Origin: Promethearchaeia archaeon
Lineage (GTDB): Archaea > Asgardarchaeota > Lokiarchaeia > Sigyniarchaeales > SOKP01
Direction: 5' to 3'
Length of the DNA stretch: 64,000 bases
NCBI GenBank assembly: GCA_029856145.1
Contig: JAHQWK010000001.1
Span: 585,474-649,473, forward strand
Shown here: positions 39,871-48,766 of the stretch, piece after piece
How the letters are laid out: every line of letters starts with the position of its first letter
How positions within the stretch are numbered: the stretch's first letter is position 1
Notes under the pieces: model-generated
What the model was told of the DNA's origin: nothing
What the model saw: the letters and a program-made list of their open reading frames with translations, nothing else
Databases searched by the model: none
Made by a program: the position numbers and the translations under genes

Positions 39871-40836
39871 CTACTGATTCTTTAGTTTATTTAAGAGATC
39901 TTCTATTTCTTGGTAAAGTTCAGGATAGAATTTTTTAAAAAGCCTAAACCAATCCTTTCCAAGCATTCCTCCAGCAATAAATCCGCATAAAAATCCTAAA
40001 AAGAGAAGAAGTTCGGGGGTTAAATGAAAAATTTCGACTGGGAAAAGCTCCAATCTATATATTACAGTACTTAAAGCTATACTAGTTAATACTATTGCAA
40101 AACGAAACATTTTATGCTTTGGAATTTCAAAAAAATGAAGATTTTCTCCACCTAATTCGTTGAAAATCGCTGATTTATATTTAATACTAGAATCTTCTTC
40201 TTTTTCTGTGTGTTTTTCAATGAATTTACCTTGAAGTAAATCATTCCAATCTCTAAATAATAAAAAACCTCCAAAAAATAGAAAATAAAATAGAAAAAGG
40301 AAAATAATCTCTAATATAAAGTTAAATTCGTTCAAAAAAACTTCATACTGAGAGAGAACAAATGATAAAATCATTAAAACGAATGTAACCAACATTAATA
40401 CAGCACCCAAGAATGACTCATGGATGTGGTATTTCCCTTCGAATGTCTTACCTACATATTTTGAGCTATCCTTTCTGATATAATATATAGTGAAAAGGAT
40501 CATTCCCGGAGGTATTATTGCATATACAAGAAAAACAATAAAATCCCAAAAATCCCACCAAAATGGTAACCAATTGAGAAATCCCTTTAAAATGTAGTAA
40601 GTATAGAATGATACTCCAATTATGATTATATATATCGTTATTTTTCTATATAATTCAATATCAATTATAAACATAATAAAAATGAAACTTATATTAATAA
40701 TAAGAATCGAAATCATTCTAATAATTATAAATTCGAAAGATTCTACAGTATATAACTGTTTCATGTAAAAATAGAGAATTAAACTAATAGAAATTAAAAC
40801 TGCTAAAATTATAAGACTAAATTTCTTTTGCATCAA
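39871..40836 (-). CDS. polytopic membrane protein of unknown function
   Basis: About eight TM segments; YHIHES motif; repeated RDW/KDW. Confidence 0.7.
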   Translation of the reverse strand: MMQKKFSLIILAVLISISLILYFYMKQLYTVESFEFIIIRMISILIINISFIFIMFIIDIELYRKITIYIIIIGVSFYTYYILKGFLNWLPFWWDFWDFIVFLVYAIIPPGMILFTIYYIRKDSSKYVGKTFEGKYHIHESFLGAVLMLVTFVLMILSFVLSQYEVFLNEFNFILEIIFLFLFYFLFFGGFLLFRDWNDLLQGKFIEKHTEKEEDSSIKYKSAIFNELGGENLHFFEIPKHKMFRFAIVLTSIALSTVIYRLELFPVEIFHLTPELLLFLGFLCGFIAGGMLGKDWFRLFKKFYPELYQEIEDLLNKLKNQ

Positions 40837-41007
40837 AATAAATTATGTATTAAATTACTCCTTATTAAAGCTTAGTTTAAGCCCATAAAAAAAATTATAT
40901 TTCACGCTCAAGATTTTGAAAAGTACAAGAAAATAGTACCCCTCATAGAGAATTTAAAAGGTGTAATGAATGGCTAACTTCTGCATATAACTCCTTAAGA
41001 ATTTTTA

Positions 41008-41814
41008 TCACATTGAATTGAATTCTCTTTCCTTAATCTTGCCGTTAAGGCTTACGACAATTTCCCTTATTTCATTTAGGACTTTAGCAACCAGTTGTTC
41101 ATCGTTCTCTATATTAAAAGCAGTTATTGAAACCTCAACCTGAACTGCTAAACCAATTCTGGGATGAGTTTTAATCCATAGTTGAGGATATTTTTCTTCA
41201 AGTTTTGAAATATAGGGAGCAATTTGAGATTCTCCAATTCCCATAAAAGTGAACCCCTTCTCCATAAATTTACCTTGTTCTTCTTTCAGAATTGGTATAA
41301 TTATATTTCTAAAAATCGATTTCATCTCAGCGGGCACACCTGGCAAAATAATAACAGTAGTATCTCTTTCAATAATTTTTACACCCGGAGCAGTACCTAC
41401 AGTATTAGGTAAAGGAGTAGAGTTTTGCGGCAAATGTGCCATTTTTTCCCTTTCTTTTGTCATACCTTCAAGTTTTAAAAGACCTTTATGATAAGCACGT
41501 TCATAAGTTTTCTTAATTGAATTATAAGCTTTTTCGTTTAATATGAGTTCTCGTCCTAAACCTTTAGCAATACCTTCCAAAGTCATATCATCAAAAGTAG
41601 GACCAATACCTCCTGATGTTATTATTATATCAGGTTTTCGTTGCAATATTTTTTTAAATGTACTTGAGATCGTTTCTAGATCATCACCAATAGTGGTAAT
41701 TCTTTTAACTTGATGTCCATACTTCGTGATTCTTTTTGCCATCCAGTTTGAATTTGTATCTTGAGTCTTTCCAATAAGGATTTCATTTCCAATCATTAAG
41801 AGTTCAATAATCAT
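41008..41814 (-). CDS. CinA/MoeA-like molybdopterin-binding domain protein
   Basis: IGNEILIG...DTN, GDD, SGGIGPTFDDMT, GTAPG, LPGVPAEM. Confidence 0.9.
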   Translation of the reverse strand: MIIELLMIGNEILIGKTQDTNSNWMAKRITKYGHQVKRITTIGDDLETISSTFKKILQRKPDIIITSGGIGPTFDDMTLEGIAKGLGRELILNEKAYNSIKKTYERAYHKGLLKLEGMTKEREKMAHLPQNSTPLPNTVGTAPGVKIIERDTTVIILPGVPAEMKSIFRNIIIPILKEEQGKFMEKGFTFMGIGESQIAPYISKLEEKYPQLWIKTHPRIGLAVQVEVSITAFNIENDEQLVAKVLNEIREIVVSLNGKIKEREFNSM

Positions 41815-41920
41815 AAGAAAATCATCAAAAAATTCTTGTTATGTTTAATTTTATAAAACTTGATATTTTTTAATTAATTTACTCAATTACCAATAGATTA
41901 AATAAAGTGTTATAAAAAGA

Positions 41921-42460
41921 ATGACGATTGAAATCGATGACGCAGGGACAGGAGACCTTGTAGGAGATGCATTTATTGGTCTTCTAAGGAAAGAAACCGG
42001 AGAATTAGTTTTTAAGGCATTACCCGTTGAGCTTTTTCAAGGTGAAAACTGGCAAAACAAGAAACCGTTGGAAGTTACTGTTGATCTAGTACGAGAGGGA
42101 CTAAAAGAACTAAATTTCCATAATCATACTGAAAAAGTAGAACTTTGTAGGGGGAATATTTTCGATAAGGTAAGGTATTACTTTATAGAAGAAGGTATAA
42201 ATTACGAAGATGCTATAGTTGAGGGAAAATTACAGGATGCTGTAGAGGGAAAATTAATTGAACATCTTCGAAATGATATAGGAGTGAGGTCAAGACAATT
42301 ATCTACTAGAAGCGGAGCCAAACGCTTCTTTATTTTGTTTAACTGGGTTACTTATGATTTTTATAAGAGAGAAAAATATGTAAAGTCAGGATTTAAAAAA
42401 TGGAATACGGTATGGCGGGATCGAGCAATTGAAAAATATAATAAAATAAAGAAATCTTAA
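41921..42460 (+). CDS. hypothetical protein with an RNase HII-like N-terminal motif
   Basis: IEIDDAGTGDLVG resembles RNase HII IDEAGRG; the remainder is not typical of RNase HII. Confidence 0.5.
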   Translation: MTIEIDDAGTGDLVGDAFIGLLRKETGELVFKALPVELFQGENWQNKKPLEVTVDLVREGLKELNFHNHTEKVELCRGNIFDKVRYYFIEEGINYEDAIVEGKLQDAVEGKLIEHLRNDIGVRSRQLSTRSGAKRFFILFNWVTYDFYKREKYVKSGFKKWNTVWRDRAIEKYNKIKKS

Positions 42461-42529
42461 ACGAGGAAAAATCCGTCTTCTTAGTAAAAATTTTCTTATA
42501 AAATTAGTTTGTTAATTTATCTTGATCTT

Positions 42530-43219
42530 CTAATCTAGATTTGTTCCACAATTTTTACAAGTTTTATCTGTAAGCAAGTTCTTATCATATCCACAAGCAA
42601 AACAAATCTTATTCTTACCATCTTTAGTTTGCTCAAAATTAAGCCTATCTTGTCGTTTAGAACCTTCTTCTGAACCTTCTTGTTTTTTAACTTTAAAATA
42701 GTCGCTATCTAAAGCTTTATCAAGTTGTTTTTTTACAAAATCTTTATCATGAGGTGTGACTATTTCAAAATCTTCTGAGGTTTCAATTTCTTTAAATCCT
42801 TTAGGTAAGCTTTTAAGATCAGAATCTTCAATAATTTTCTGACTACTACTAGTATCTGAGCTTGAAGCTGTTGTTTCAATACTTTCTTGTCCTTGAAAAT
42901 CTTCACTCTCACTTTGAATAGTTTCAGATGAAAGTTCTACGTGTGTAGTTTCTTGCGGAGATACAATATTTTCCATATATAATTCTTTTTCTAATTGCTT
43001 TGATTTTAAGATTTTTACATGTTCAAAAATTCCTTTTGTTCGATTCATAAGCATGTTTCTGAATGATGCATCGAGTTTTGGATTTTTCGATAAACTAATT
43101 GTCATTTCAGAAATTTCTAACCATAGTTTTATAGCTGATTTAATATCACCATTTTTTTCATATCTTTTTGCTGTCGCTATCCTAACTGCTAGCTCTTTAT
43201 TAAATTGTGTAATGTCCAT
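42530..43219 (-). CDS. MIT-like three-helix domain, acidic linker, C-terminal zinc ribbon
   Basis: LAVRIATAKRYEKNGDIKSAIKLW...R...I.EHVK.LK; CFACG..CKNCG. Confidence 0.65.
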   Translation of the reverse strand: MDITQFNKELAVRIATAKRYEKNGDIKSAIKLWLEISEMTISLSKNPKLDASFRNMLMNRTKGIFEHVKILKSKQLEKELYMENIVSPQETTHVELSSETIQSESEDFQGQESIETTASSSDTSSSQKIIEDSDLKSLPKGFKEIETSEDFEIVTPHDKDFVKKQLDKALDSDYFKVKKQEGSEEGSKRQDRLNFEQTKDGKNKICFACGYDKNLLTDKTCKNCGTNLD

Positions 43220-43385
43220 AATGGAATCTTTTTTTTCTTCTTTTAAATACAATGTTTACAAATAAATTCTAATATAAAATCTTTATTCGAATGTTGATAC
43301 AAAATTTAATATTTAAAATCACTATTAGTTATATAAGTGTATATTATGTCTCTGAGAACATTAACTACTTAAGAGCAATTGATTT

Positions 43386-45275
43386 ATGACAATTCATCCA
43401 TTTTCAGTTAATGAAATTAATAATTTAAGAGATTTTGTAGAAAAAAATGGATGGAAAATAGAGGCGGGTGTAGAAGATTACTTTCGGTATAGTATAAAAA
43501 AAAAGAAATTAGTCCTTTTCACGATTAAATTTCCAATAACTTTCCCTATAAGAATTAATATTCCTTTTGAAGTTGTAAATTTTCGTCTTTCAATAGCCTT
43601 TCAATTTTGGAATTTAAATCAAGAGATTTTTATTCTAATACTTTATCTGATGAAAGCCATTAGGAATTTGGCATTATCATTAACTTTGGAAAATAAATTC
43701 CCATTAGATGGAAAAAAGCAACAACTTGGAGATTTATTAAATTTAGTAATTCCAGAACTTATAAAAAATGAAAATGAAAGCACTTGGTTAAATCGCATAA
43801 GAATTTCACTGATGAATAAAAGAGATAAATTAAAAGATTATTCTGATCAAGAATTAAACCAACTTCTAAATTTCCTACAAAATCTTGGATTAAAACCGAG
43901 CTTTAAAACACCTTGGGATTTGAAATATGGAATTCCTAAAATTCGAACCTCTGAAACCCTACTTTTTTCAAATGAAGGAAACTATGATGAATTTTTTATT
44001 TTAGAGAAGGGTTATTTTACGTATTTTAAAGACCTCGAATATAATAAATTTTATCTCAGAAGCTTTTTCGATAGTTATACTCCATATATACTAAATGAAT
44101 TATTTAGTGATATTCCAGAGTTTAAATTAGAGATATTTGTAGAAAATTGGGTTAAATTTTCACGTCAAATATTGAATTCTTTAGTAGAAATTCTAAAAAC
44201 AAGAGAAATCAACCTAACAGAATTTATTCAATTTCGTCCAGAAAAAGAACTTTTATATAATCCTCATAATTTCGTAGAGGATCAAAATAATTTTCCTTTT
44301 TCTGCTTTAAATTATGAAAGTTCCATAACAAAAGAGCTATTTTCTATTAATAAGGATCTATTTAATAACCCCCCTACTAATTTTGAAGTAATAGAATCGA
44401 TGAATCAATACATTGAAGTTGAAGAATTAATAAAAAATTATAGATTTGAAGAAGCTGCTAAAGTTCTAAATGAATTATTAAAAGTGTTTAATAAAAATCA
44501 ACAAAAAAAAGTAATTATATCAATTCTCCTTAAATTAACAAAGATCGCGACACTCTTAAACCATGATGATACAGCTATTAATTATTTACAGAATGCATTA
44601 GGCGTTGCAAAATCTGGAGAAATCTCAGTAGATTTGATTATAAGAGTACACTATAAATTAGGAGTAATTTATTATAAAAGGAAAGATTTTGAAAAGGCAT
44701 CTAGTCATTTTAACATTATTATTAATTTTCTAGAAAAAGAAGAAATTTCAGTTAATAAAGAAGTATTTTTAGGCTTAGCTAATCTTTATATTGGTTTAAT
44801 TTTTTTGGAACAAAATAAAATTGTTGAATCTAAACTCCATTTCAAGAATGCTTTTCGCATTGGAAATGATCATTTGAAAGTGAAAATAAAATATTTTTTA
44901 CTTCGTGGTACTTTTTATAAAAATCATGGTAATTTCTCACTTACTCAAAAATATCTTAGAGGAGGATTAGACAATGTAGATCTAGATTTTGAAAATGAAG
45001 AAATTCTTAAAGCTTTAACAGACTTAATTCTTGAGTTATCTGAATTCTACATCCATTATAGAAAAGATGGAAGAAAAGCTTACAGCCTATTGAAGAATCT
45101 AGAAAAACAAATAAGATTAAAAGAAATTAGTAATATGAAAAGAGCAGTACGTTGGAATTTACTAATGAGTGATTACTATATTGTATTTGGAGTTGATCGT
45201 GAAAAATCTCATTTTTATTTGAAGCAAAGTCAAAAGATAAAAAATCAACTTCAAACTATAGGAGTAGTCGATTAA
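43386..45275 (+). CDS. TPR-repeat protein
   Basis: HYKLGVIYY...DFEKA..HF, LYIG.IF...N...S..HF..A in the C-terminal half. Confidence 0.75.
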   Translation: MTIHPFSVNEINNLRDFVEKNGWKIEAGVEDYFRYSIKKKKLVLFTIKFPITFPIRINIPFEVVNFRLSIAFQFWNLNQEIFILILYLMKAIRNLALSLTLENKFPLDGKKQQLGDLLNLVIPELIKNENESTWLNRIRISLMNKRDKLKDYSDQELNQLLNFLQNLGLKPSFKTPWDLKYGIPKIRTSETLLFSNEGNYDEFFILEKGYFTYFKDLEYNKFYLRSFFDSYTPYILNELFSDIPEFKLEIFVENWVKFSRQILNSLVEILKTREINLTEFIQFRPEKELLYNPHNFVEDQNNFPFSALNYESSITKELFSINKDLFNNPPTNFEVIESMNQYIEVEELIKNYRFEEAAKVLNELLKVFNKNQQKKVIISILLKLTKIATLLNHDDTAINYLQNALGVAKSGEISVDLIIRVHYKLGVIYYKRKDFEKASSHFNIIINFLEKEEISVNKEVFLGLANLYIGLIFLEQNKIVESKLHFKNAFRIGNDHLKVKIKYFLLRGTFYKNHGNFSLTQKYLRGGLDNVDLDFENEEILKALTDLILELSEFYIHYRKDGRKAYSLLKNLEKQIRLKEISNMKRAVRWNLLMSDYYIVFGVDREKSHFYLKQSQKIKNQLQTIGVVD

Positions 45276-45290
45276 AATAACTACATTTTG

Positions 45291-45497
45291 TTATCTTCTT
45301 TTATATTGAGCCCTTTTAGCCCCAAGACTTTCCTTCTGACCTCCAAACTGACTTTTTACTATTCGCTTTACATATAATTCTCGGAATCGCATTCTTGGAG
45401 GTTTTTTCTTCTGAGCATTCACTCCTGTCCTTTGAATTTTCGGAGTCTGCATCTTGACCTTGCCCGCCTTAGTTAAGCTACCATGCGAACCGGGTAT
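45291..45497 (-). CDS. rps30e: 30S ribosomal protein eS30
   Basis: PGSHGSLTKAGKVK.QTPKI...PR.R.R..Y.KR; GGGGTGA SD; start appears to be ATA; missed by the ORF track. Confidence 0.9.
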   Translation of the reverse strand: MPGSHGSLTKAGKVKMQTPKIQRTGVNAQKKKPPRMRFRELYVKRIVKSQFGGQKESLGAKRAQYKRR

Positions 45498-45719
45498 ACC
45501 TAATCACCCCGTTGCGCTTTTGGAGCCATTTCCCTTATTAAACAAGTCTGATGGATCAAAAATTGCAAATAATTCATAATTATTTTAAAATAAGGAACAA
45601 TTACTAAAAAGTTTTGTTAATTTTCTAATAAAATCAAACTTAAAGATTTAAACTCAAATTAGATTAAATCTGATTGTTAATCAAGCCCAAAAATCCCAAG
45701 ATTCTTACATTTTTAATAA

Positions 45720-46148
45720 TCAATAAATCTCACCTTCGAAATAAAAAGGAAAATAATATTTTGTCTTAACACCTGAATTTTTTAAATTAACCTTGAAATT
45801 GTTGACATATTCTTCTTCTAAGGGATTTCCACGTAAAACTACTTCTTCTAAGTCTGGTAATTTATTCAAACATTTAATTTCAGATATATTATTAGATTGA
45901 AACGATATACTTCTTAAATTTGTAAGGTTATCCAATCCTTGTATTTTTGCAATCTTATTGTTATAAAGTTGTAATTTTAGTGGTTTCATCAACTTGAATC
46001 ATTACAGTTTCACCTGGAAGTATATTATCGCCCGATTTTTGCCTAATTTCATTAAATTCTAATTGGGCCTCAAAGGACCAAAACCTTAATCTTGACCATA
46101 GTAAAAACCTTAAATATCGGACTCCAATTTTTTATTAAGTTTTCTCAT
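45720..46148 (-). pseudogene. truncated or decayed LRR gene
   Basis: About three SDS22-like LRRs in 45720..45992; upstream frames broken by stops; 5' boundary approximate. Confidence 0.5.
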
Positions 46149-46189
46149 TATTTCTTTAATTAAATTTAATTCTAATTCATGCTAAAATC

Positions 46190-46348
46190 ATGTCTGATAA
46201 AAAAATATTTGCGTCAGAAGCCAAAGATCTTGAGAAAGCCGAGGAAAAGATCCTATATAGTGATAATAAAATAGTTTGTTTCGCATGTGGAGAAGAAATT
46301 GATAATAGTACAAATATTTGTCCCTATTGCAAAACAACTATTGGGTAA
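46190..46348 (+). CDS. 52-aa zinc-ribbon protein
   Basis: MSDKK...VCFACGEEID...ICPYCKT; below the ORF-track cutoff. Confidence 0.7.
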   Translation: MSDKKIFASEAKDLEKAEEKILYSDNKIVCFACGEEIDNSTNICPYCKTTIG

Positions 46349-46425
46349 TTTTTTCATCCAAATATCTTAAAGTTAAAGAAAAATTATAATCTATACAAAT
46401 TAACTTATAAAGAAAAGGAATTTCT

Positions 46426-46923
46426 GTGAACTTTAGTAGTGGAAGCATAAAGAAAAAAAGCCATTTGGGTATTTGGATGTTAGTGCTTATTATAATTATA
46501 TCCCTATGCTGTATATTATCTCTGCTAATAAACCCAATTTGGTGGATTCTATTGCCAATATCAATATTCTTAATTATTATAGGTCAAATGACGTCACGTT
46601 ATTTCTGGTTAGAAAGAAACATTTGTCCTAGTTGTAATGCTCCTATAAGTAAATATGGTGAATTTTGTAGAAATTGTGGTCTTAAATTATGGTTCAAGTG
46701 TCTTTCTTGCGGAAAGTATTTACGAGTTGATACTAAATTTTGTGATAATTGCAATGTTGAACTTGAACACACTGTTAAAGAAAGAGAGATTTTTAAACAT
46801 GAACCTTTAAAAAAAGGATCTCCTTTACACAAAATAACTAATTTCTGTTCTAATTGTGGTAAAGAACTAAAAAACCAAGAAAATATTAAATATTGTGAAG
46901 AATGCGGAGAAAAAATACAATAA
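46426..46923 (+). CDS. membrane-anchored multi-zinc-ribbon (DZR-like) protein
   Basis: Two TMs and six CxxC motifs. Confidence 0.8.
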   Translation: MNFSSGSIKKKSHLGIWMLVLIIIISLCCILSLLINPIWWILLPISIFLIIIGQMTSRYFWLERNICPSCNAPISKYGEFCRNCGLKLWFKCLSCGKYLRVDTKFCDNCNVELEHTVKEREIFKHEPLKKGSPLHKITNFCSNCGKELKNQENIKYCEECGEKIQ

Positions 46924-46927
46924 ATCC

Positions 46928-47251
46928 CTATTTAATTATTTGATCTCTACTTTTGGAATTAAATAGAAATGATAGTAAAATCCATAGTGCCAGATAGATA
47001 AGAATATTTCGAATATATAATAGTAAAACTTCATTGTAATAAGCCAATTTTAGGAAGTAAACTGAAAATAACCAAGATATATTGAAAGAAATAATATAAA
47101 GAACAAATTTCCTTGATCATGTTTCTCTTCTCTTCCAAATCAAGTAAATCTCTACTACTATAGGAGTTATATGAATATAATCGTAATATAGAAATAAGAA
47201 AAAGAATTCATAAGAAATAATTATTCCAAGGGTTACAATTGAATAGATTAG
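46928..47251 (-). pseudogene. 5'-truncated paralog of the membrane protein at 47704..48291
   Basis: LIYSIVTLGIIISYEFFFLFLYYDYIHITP...WKRRET*SRKFVLY aligns with the intact gene; TGA at 47117-47119 replaces a Leu codon (TTG). Confidence 0.85.
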
Positions 47252-47313
47252 GATTAGGGGTCTAAAAATTTTTCAAATCTTATATTTAGAAACTATAAGG
47301 AAAAAAAAAATTA

Positions 47314-47538
47314 CTAAGAGAGATTTGCGTAATTCATAGCAATTGCTATTACAATTATTAATATTGCGAAAAACAGGATACAAGATAGACAGCAAAACTT
47401 TATTTCATGTCCTACAATATCTCTCCTTTTATTAGAACTTATTTCCTTACCACATCTTGGACAATATGATGGGATTCTCCAAGACGCAGATAAGTAAATT
47501 CTTTTTCCACAATTTGCACATTTAGGTCTTAATACCAA
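47314..47538 (-). CDS. small zinc-finger protein with C-terminal TM
   Basis: CANCG..YCPRCG plus hydrophobic tail. Confidence 0.7.
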   Translation of the reverse strand: MVLRPKCANCGKRIYLSASWRIPSYCPRCGKEISSNKRRDIVGHEIKFCCLSCILFFAILIIVIAIAMNYANLS

Positions 47539-47703
47539 TTTATTATTATCTTTTATGAGGTTTTTTATATAATAGTATATATCTTTATATACATATATAT
47601 AATAGATTATTTAAATATACTGAATTGAAAGTTTGAGTCTTTAAATTTTAAAAAATGAAGAGTATAATAATATTAAAATCTGTTCTTATCGAAGTACCGC
47701 CAT

Positions 47704-48291
47704 TTATGCACCTTTCTCTTTGTTATCCTTTTTTTTTTTAAAAAGAAAAGATAAGGCTACCCATAACGTAGAATAGATGATAATATTTCTTATATAAATT
47801 ATTAAATCCTCATTATTGTAAGCCAACTTTAAGAAATACACAGAAATTAGCCAAAAGATATTAATTGGAATAATATAAAGAACAAACTTCCTTGACAATG
47901 TTTCTCTTCTCTTCCAAATCAAATAAATATCTATTATAACAGGAGTTATATGTATATAATCATAATAAAAAAATAAGAAAAAGAATTCATAGATGACTAT
48001 TATACCAAGAGGTATAATTGAATAAATTAAAAAATTATTTATGTATGGATTATCACGATAAAAAAGCCATGCCAATGAAAGTGAGAAATACCATTGGCTT
48101 AGAGTGAAAATAACTAAATTTGTGCCAGGATCTCCATGCTGCCTAACTCCGTAAAGAAAAGTGTCCAAAGGTTGCCACGAAAATGGGATTAAAAACTGGA
48201 ATATTATTGATATTATTGTAGCAATCGTAATTTGAATTAAAGTTATCTTTGTTAGACTTAGATCGTTCAATTTAAATTTAGATTTAATCAT
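47704..48291 (-). CDS. membrane protein of unknown function
   Basis: About six TM segments; HGDPG motif. Confidence 0.75.
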   Translation of the reverse strand: MIKSKFKLNDLSLTKITLIQITIATIISIIFQFLIPFSWQPLDTFLYGVRQHGDPGTNLVIFTLSQWYFSLSLAWLFYRDNPYINNFLIYSIIPLGIIVIYEFFFLFFYYDYIHITPVIIDIYLIWKRRETLSRKFVLYIIPINIFWLISVYFLKLAYNNEDLIIYIRNIIIYSTLWVALSFLFKKKKDNKEKGA

Positions 48292-48404
48292 TGAATTTTC
48301 AAATTTTTAAATCATTATTATTTTTACTAAATTATCAGAATCGCGTGTTATGATAAGAAAAAGATATAAATTTTATACATTCTTTTATAAATTAACTTCT
48401 CAAT

Positions 48405-48570
48405 GGGGACTTGGTGTAGTTTTCCAAGCAATATCGCTTAGTAAGCACAACCCGGTGGCACAGCAGGCTCCAGATCCTACAAGCAAAAGCTGTTCCGTGG
48501 ACACCTGTCGGTCGGGGGTTCAAAATGGATTGCCTACGGCGCATTCCATGATCATATCCCTCAGTCCCCA
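48405..48570 (+). tRNA. tRNA-Trp(CCA) with three introns (15/16: 48420-48450; 37/38: 48474-48502; 58/59: 48524-48555)
   Basis: Spliced 74-nt cloverleaf: acceptor GGGGACT/AGTCCCC+A, D stem GTGT/GCAC, anticodon stem GCAGG/CCTGT with loop CT-CCA-GA, T arm GGGGG-TTCAAAT-CCCTC; BHB-like junctions; T tract downstream. Confidence 0.9.
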
Positions 48571-48678
48571 TCTTTTTCATGCTAATCAATTACATTTCCG
48601 TCATTCGATAAGAATAGATTAATTTACACTTAGATAATATAGGTGATAATCGAATTTTATTAATTTTTTCAAAATTTC

Positions 48679-48762
48679 AATGAGGGAATATTTTCGTGAA
48701 AGCCCGATTTCACGCTCATTTTTGTCTTCTCAAAATCCTAAATATTTTGAGGGTAAAAATAA
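48679..48762. terminator. paired hairpins between convergent transcription units
   Basis: CGTGAAA/TTTCACG inside ATGAG/CTCAT; CTCAAAAT/ATTTTGAG; function inferred from position only. Confidence 0.35.
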
Positions 48763-48766
48763 AAAA

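Noticed and set aside
41921-42460. Call as RNase HII
   Set aside because: Only the first acidic motif is similar; DSK and the later conserved motifs are not seen.
47117-47119. In-frame TGA as selenocysteine
   Set aside because: Aligns to Leu (TTG) in the intact paralog; the fragment lacks a 5' end and no SECIS was seen.
48405-48570. tRNA-Sec or UGA-suppressor interpretation of the tRNA
   Set aside because: Anticodon is CCA, acceptor stem is 7 bp and the variable loop is short: an ordinary tRNA-Trp.
48350-48622. ORFs 48350..48622(+) and 48392..48589(-)
   Set aside because: Shadows of the GC-rich intron-containing tRNA-Trp.
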